A stretch of 64,000 bases of DNA. It comes from an uncultured Roseateles sp. (lineage in GTDB: Bacteria; Pseudomonadota; Gammaproteobacteria; Burkholderiales; Burkholderiaceae_C). Below, piece by piece: positions 59,495-64,000 of the stretch. Location: positions 232 through 64,231 of the forward strand of contig CAUPEV010000003.1 of NCBI GenBank assembly GCA_963510335.1. Direction: 5' to 3'. Position 1 is the stretch's first letter. Each line of letters opens with the position of its first letter. The position numbers and the translations under genes were made by a program. Under the pieces are notes generated by a model. That model was given only the letters and a program-made list of their open reading frames with translations, ran no database searches and had not been told where the DNA came from.

Positions 59495-60556
59495 TCAGCC
59501 CGCAGCGAGTGCACGCGTGGAGCCACGCACGATCAAGCGCGGTTCGGACAGGGCCGCCTCGGGCGTTTCACCGGCCAGCAATTGCAGCAGCGAGTTGGCC
59601 GCCAAGCTGCCCAGCTCATAGGCCGGGTGATGGATGGTGCTGAGTGGTGGCACCGAATGCGCGGCGCCCGCCAAGTCGTCAAACCCGACCAAGGACACGT
59701 CATCCGGCACATGCAAGCCATGTCTGTGCAGGGCCAGGGCCGCGCCAAACGCCATTTGGTCGTTGGCCGCGAAGATCGCTGTGAAAGGCTGGCGGCTGCT
59801 GATCAACTGCTCCACGGCCAGCAGGCCGCTTTCCTCTTGATACTGGCCTTGAACAACCAGGCCCGGCCGGTAGGGCAGGCCGGCGGCTTCCAGCGCGGCA
59901 CGGTAGCCACGCAGGCGCTCCAAGGCGTCGGGGTGTATCACCGGGCCGGCAATGAAGGCGATATCGCGGTGCCCCAGCGCCAGCAGATGCTCGGTCGCGA
60001 GCCGCGCACCCTCGAAGTTGTTGAAATCCAGCGAAAACAAGCCGGGTGCCGACAGGCTGCGGCCGGTCACGACCACCGGCAGGGCTTTGGCCAGCGTCCT
60101 CAAGGCCTCATCGCTGAGGCGGCCGGTCAGCACGATGAAGCCGTCCACCCGCCTGGAGCGCAGCACTTCAATGCAGCGCGCTTCCTCCTTGGCGTTCCAA
60201 TGGCCGCTGACAAAAAGCGGGCTGTAGCCGACCTTGTTCAGCGCCTCTTCGATGCCGCGCAGCGCGATGCCATAGAACGGGCTGTCGATAGCCTGCGTGA
60301 TCACGCCGACGCTGAGCGTGCGCCCACCCGCCAGGCCGCGCGCCATTGGGTTGGGCACAAAGCCCAACTCGGCAATCGCCTGATCTACCGCCGCGCGCTT
60401 GTCGGCGCTGACCACCGCCGTGCCGTTCAAGATCCGCGACACCGTGCTGGGCGACACGCCGCAAGCGGCCGCCACCATGCCCAGCGTCACCTTGGGGTCA
60501 TGGGCGACCGCTGCGCTGCGCTTGGTCGTGCTGGTTTTCTTCTCGCTACTCTTCAT
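59495..60556 (-). CDS. LacI-family repressor (BglR-like)
   Basis: VTLGMVAAACGVSPSTVSRILN HTH, PNPMARGL, NDQMAFG, SLVGFDD. Confidence 0.92.
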   Translation of the reverse strand: MKSSEKKTSTTKRSAAVAHDPKVTLGMVAAACGVSPSTVSRILNGTAVVSADKRAAVDQAIAELGFVPNPMARGLAGGRTLSVGVITQAIDSPFYGIALRGIEEALNKVGYSPLFVSGHWNAKEEARCIEVLRSRRVDGFIVLTGRLSDEALRTLAKALPVVVTGRSLSAPGLFSLDFNNFEGARLATEHLLALGHRDIAFIAGPVIHPDALERLRGYRAALEAAGLPYRPGLVVQGQYQEESGLLAVEQLISSRQPFTAIFAANDQMAFGAALALHRHGLHVPDDVSLVGFDDLAGAAHSVPPLSTIHHPAYELGSLAANSLLQLLAGETPEAALSEPRLIVRGSTRALAAG

Positions 60557-60640
60557 GGCCTGCGGTCGATGGTGAGCCCGCAGTTTAAGGGCTGCGCCAA
60601 TAGTTGGCCCTCTCAAATATGGCCGCCCCAATCGGGCCCT

Positions 60641-62461
60641 TCACTGTTTGCGCAATGCCTGAGCCAACTGCGCAGACCGCACTGGGTTCATGAGCCGCAT
60701 CGCCATCGGCAGCTGGGTGCCGGACGCGACCAGGTCGGCGCCGTCGATCAGCAACTGCTTCAACTGCGCCACCGTCAACGCTGGCCATTGGCTCAGCAGC
60801 TTGGCCGCCACATTGCTGACCTCGGGCGCGGCCATGCTGGTGCCCGACATGACCATGGTTTGGCCGCCTGGTATCACGCTGACGCTTGCATCACCCAGCG
60901 CATACAGATGCACGGCCTCGCCAAAATTGCTGAAACCGGTGATATGCCCCGCGCGGTCGACTGCGCCCACCGCCAGCAAATTGGCCGCGCCCAAGCTGGC
61001 CGGCAAAAAACGGGAGGCGGCCGGGCCCAAATCGCTGTTCTCATTGCCCGCACCGGCCACGAACAAGGTGTCCGGGCAGGCCGTCATCAGCGCCAGCATC
61101 TGCTGGCGCAAAGCCCGCTCCTGCTCGGCTTGCATGCCTATGCCGGGCAGGCCCCAGCTCATATTGACGATGCGAATTTTGTTGTCGCGGACAAAGGCCG
61201 CGATCTGCTCAAGCTGCCTTTGCAAGGCGCCGCGCTTGGCGATAAAAGCGGGCGTGAAGAACTCCGAACCCGAATGAATGGCCAACAGTTCGGCATGGGG
61301 GTTACCGGCCATTGCGATGCCGGCGACATGGGTGCCGTGCAGGCGGAGACCAGCCGGCTCCAGTTGCATCGACAGCTGCATAAGCGCCTGCGCCCTTGCG
61401 AGCGGATCGTTCTGATGTCGATTCAACAGCTGCATGTACTGGGCGTTGTATGCCTCTCTCGCGGCGCTGTTGCGGCCACTTTTCAGGTCCTCAAGACCCT
61501 TCACCAGCAGCCAAGCCTCTTGCCGATTCAGGCCCGGCAAGACCGGATCGACGATACAAAACTCGTTCGCGTCCTCGGTCAGCATCAAACAGGCCTTGGC
61601 CGGGTGATTGAAGGCGCTCAGCTCCACCCCGTCGGGCTCCCAAATAGCCATGCGCACCGGGTGGGCCGGTCGCTCGGGCAGGGTTTTGGCACGCGCCGCC
61701 CAAAAATCTTCGCCGGCCGGCTGCGCCGCCAGGAAGCGCGCAATGCCCTTTTCGAAAACTGCTGCGCGGGGCTGCAGCAGCTCAGCATTGAAGCGGGCGT
61801 TAATGATCATTTCCGCCAGTGCCAGATCGTCGGGGCGCATGGCGTTGCCGCGCTTGAAGGTGTCGTAGGAATGAGTCCAGCCAATGGCGAGGCTTTCAAT
61901 CGGAAAAAATTGCCAGCCCGACGCCATGGCATTGAGACTTGCTTTGGCCGCCGGCCAAGACTGCGCCTTGAGGCGCTGCTGCAGCTCGGCGTCCCACTGG
62001 GCTTCGCTCCACGCGCTTTTGCCTCCATCGCCACTTTTCTGCGCCGCCGCCAACAACTGCTCGACCCACAGCAGACCCGAGCGCAGTTCCAGTTTGGCGC
62101 TGCCGGCACGAGCTTGTTCGATGAGCTGCAGCGCCTCATCGGGCCGCCCGCGCAGCAGCGCCAGCCGCGTCCGCAAGGCCGTGATGGCGCCACGTTGAGC
62201 GCCGTTATGAGGGTTGGCCGCCGCCTGCTTGTCTATCAGCTGGCGCTCCGTCCAATCCAAGAGCGGCGCCAGATCGGCCAGTGGCGCGGTCAGATAGTGG
62301 CTCGGCGGCATCTTGAGGCCAACATCGGCCGCGCCCGGTCCCCAAGTCCTGAACGCCATGAGAACCAGCGCCGCCAACGCGGCGGTGACGGCGACAGCGG
62401 CGGCCGCAAAAGTAAGGCCGCGCCAGGCAAAGCGTTCAGACTTGATTTTCAGCACAGGCAT
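60641..62461 (-). CDS. S8-family (subtilisin-like) serine peptidase with N-terminal membrane/signal segment
   Basis: HGTHVAGIA, VNMSWG, AGAGNE, SGTSMAAP; Asp motif atypical (AIWEPDG). Confidence 0.82.
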   Translation of the reverse strand: MPVLKIKSERFAWRGLTFAAAAVAVTAALAALVLMAFRTWGPGAADVGLKMPPSHYLTAPLADLAPLLDWTERQLIDKQAAANPHNGAQRGAITALRTRLALLRGRPDEALQLIEQARAGSAKLELRSGLLWVEQLLAAAQKSGDGGKSAWSEAQWDAELQQRLKAQSWPAAKASLNAMASGWQFFPIESLAIGWTHSYDTFKRGNAMRPDDLALAEMIINARFNAELLQPRAAVFEKGIARFLAAQPAGEDFWAARAKTLPERPAHPVRMAIWEPDGVELSAFNHPAKACLMLTEDANEFCIVDPVLPGLNRQEAWLLVKGLEDLKSGRNSAAREAYNAQYMQLLNRHQNDPLARAQALMQLSMQLEPAGLRLHGTHVAGIAMAGNPHAELLAIHSGSEFFTPAFIAKRGALQRQLEQIAAFVRDNKIRIVNMSWGLPGIGMQAEQERALRQQMLALMTACPDTLFVAGAGNENSDLGPAASRFLPASLGAANLLAVGAVDRAGHITGFSNFGEAVHLYALGDASVSVIPGGQTMVMSGTSMAAPEVSNVAAKLLSQWPALTVAQLKQLLIDGADLVASGTQLPMAMRLMNPVRSAQLAQALRKQ

Positions 62462-62534
62462 CGCTCACTCGCGCAGCTTTGAGAGCCGGCATTGTGGCCG
62501 ATGCGGCGCTCCGCTGAGCGCCTGCGCTAAGCAG

Positions 62535-63218
62535 TTACTTGCTCTGAGCTTGACGCTTGCGCTGACCGACTGCACCCAGCAGCCCCAAGCCAGCCAAGAG
62601 CATCGCGTAGCTGCCAGGCTCGGGCACGGCGGCGGCGATGCTGCCGAGGGTCAGGTCATTGCCGGCGACCCAGGTGAACTCTCCATTGGGCTGCAAGGCG
62701 CTGACCTGGAAATACTCCAGATGACTGGTCGAGACAAAGCCGTAGAAGCTGTCAGGCCTGGCGTTCTCCATCAGCACGTTCAGCTCCTCGCCGTCGGAGT
62801 CAATCGCATTGACACGGATGGTTTGGCCGGCTTTGAACTCGCCCATCTCATTGCTGCCGAAGAAGAAGCCGCCGGCCGCGTTGACCTTGTCCGAGAAATA
62901 GCCATAGGTCAGGTAGTCGGCTGCCACATTGGTCGAGAGCCACAGATCGCTGCTGCTGCCAGCGGCGTACAAGCCGGTCCAATCGCCCGTCTCCGCAACC
63001 GCCCAGGCCGCGTAGTAATGCTCGCCGGCTTGGCCCTCGACAAAGCTGCCCATATCGGCCCAGGGCATGCTTTCATAGTTGTCTACGCCGGGCGCGCTGA
63101 TGGCGGCCATATAAGCAGCTTGGGAGTCGAAAAATGTCAGTGAGGCCTTGGCCTGGCCTGCGCTTGCGAGGATGGCCGCCACGGCCAGTGCGCGAATTGC
63201 GAAACGATGGATGTGCAT
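62535..63218 (-). CDS. PEP-CTERM sorting-domain protein
   Basis: Signal peptide; C-terminal VPEPGSYAMLLAGLGLLGAVGQRKR. Confidence 0.88.
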   Translation of the reverse strand: MHIHRFAIRALAVAAILASAGQAKASLTFFDSQAAYMAAISAPGVDNYESMPWADMGSFVEGQAGEHYYAAWAVAETGDWTGLYAAGSSSDLWLSTNVAADYLTYGYFSDKVNAAGGFFFGSNEMGEFKAGQTIRVNAIDSDGEELNVLMENARPDSFYGFVSTSHLEYFQVSALQPNGEFTWVAGNDLTLGSIAAAVPEPGSYAMLLAGLGLLGAVGQRKRQAQSK

Positions 63219-63289
63219 GGAATGTCCTAGAGATTTGAGTGCCGGTCAGCAAATGGTTCGCTGGCCGGCAGAGTTGCTTGCTTGTCTGT

Positions 63290-64000
63290 TTACTTGATAC
63301 CGCAGCGGCCCATCAGGGCGCCCGCCTTGACCTTGGCCGCGAACTCGATGGGGAAGGCCGCCGCGACGGTGTTGCCGCCTTCGCAAACAAAGGCCTGTTT
63401 CAAGTCCACATACCAGGTGGCGCCAACGCCGGCCAAACCGCCAACAATGGTGGAGCCTTGACCGCTGATGGCACCTGGGTTGTCCATGCCGTACTTCTCG
63501 GCTTCGACCACGCCTTGCTTGCGGAAGAAGTCATTCAAGCCGATCCAGCCCACATCCTCAACCCACATAAAGCCTGCGAAGCTGGTGAAGAAGCTGCCGA
63601 CACGCGAGATCAGCACCCGGCCGTCGTCGCTGATACCGCTGATGCTATTGCCCGGCAGACCGAAGTTGGCCTCCACCCAGGCCGGACCTTCCACCTTGCA
63701 GTGGTCAATGCCGTCCCAGCTTGAGAACGGGAAGTCGGTGCAGTACTTAGGCCCGCTGATATTGCGGAAAGCGCCGGCATCGGTGCCCTGCAAAGCGTTC
63801 CACAAGACCACGCCCTTGGCGGTGTCCAGCGGAACGCGGCTGCCGTCGGCATTGATGACTTCCGCTGTCGCCGCGCCGGTCAAGGCCGTCAGATCGATTG
63901 CATCGCCTTCATTGATCCAGGCAAAGGCGTTGGTGAAATTTCCCTGCCCAACCACCACCGCCCCATTGCCGGCCACCGCGGAGGCGCGTACCCAAGGCAA
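63290..64000 (-). CDS. C-terminal part of an extracellular beta-repeat (HAF-repeat-like) protein; 5' end outside the window
   Basis: Repeated A.(A/G)(I/V)S.DG..(V/I)VG units (VAGNGAVVVG, ISDDGRVLI, ISGQGSTIVG); paired Cys. Confidence 0.6.
   Translation of the reverse strand: MPWVRASAVAGNGAVVVGQGNFTNAFAWINEGDAIDLTALTGAATAEVINADGSRVPLDTAKGVVLWNALQGTDAGAFRNISGPKYCTDFPFSSWDGIDHCKVEGPAWVEANFGLPGNSISGISDDGRVLISRVGSFFTSFAGFMWVEDVGWIGLNDFFRKQGVVEAEKYGMDNPGAISGQGSTIVGGLAGVGATWYVDLKQAFVCEGGNTVAAAFPIEFAAKVKAGALMGRCGIK

Noticed and set aside
59582-62482. 966-aa plus-strand ORF
   Set aside because: Antisense shadow of the LacI and S8 peptidase genes with no motifs. The same applies to other long antisense ORFs such as 8973-10322, 35634-36932 and 54772-56214.

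Overview
GC-rich betaproteobacterial chromosome segment. Gene content suggests Burkholderiales, probably Paucibacter/Roseateles-like, but that is inference. Housekeeping blocks: pilA with a sigma-54 promoter, xth, pyrE, gatCAB, mreBCD-mrdA-rodA, a TctD/E-like two-component pair and katG. Accessory blocks: a SNF2 helicase, FMN riboswitch-ribH2, a divergent murA, modABC, arsR-arsC-aquaporin-arsH, PEP-CTERM proteins, an SDR/cupin/TetR/amine-oxidase operon, a TonB-dependent receptor and a 13-kb LacI-controlled beta-glucan/beta-glucoside locus. Two signals stand out. (1) A ~141-bp palindromic MITE-like element, resembling the Rickettsia RPE-1/ERIC core, is inserted inside the FMN riboswitch aptamer; two further copies lie between mreB and mreC (with compensatory base changes) and after rodA (truncated). 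(2) The beta-glucan locus encodes a secreted ~740-aa protein joining an unassigned glycoside-hydrolase-like domain to a cysteine-less FGE/C-type-lectin-fold domain; the locus is a mirror-image pair of operons, each headed by a duplicated binding protein with an identical operator. No tRNA, rRNA, CRISPR array, transposase or integrase was seen. Start codons are chosen by eye, family assignments come from motif recognition, and no searches were run.
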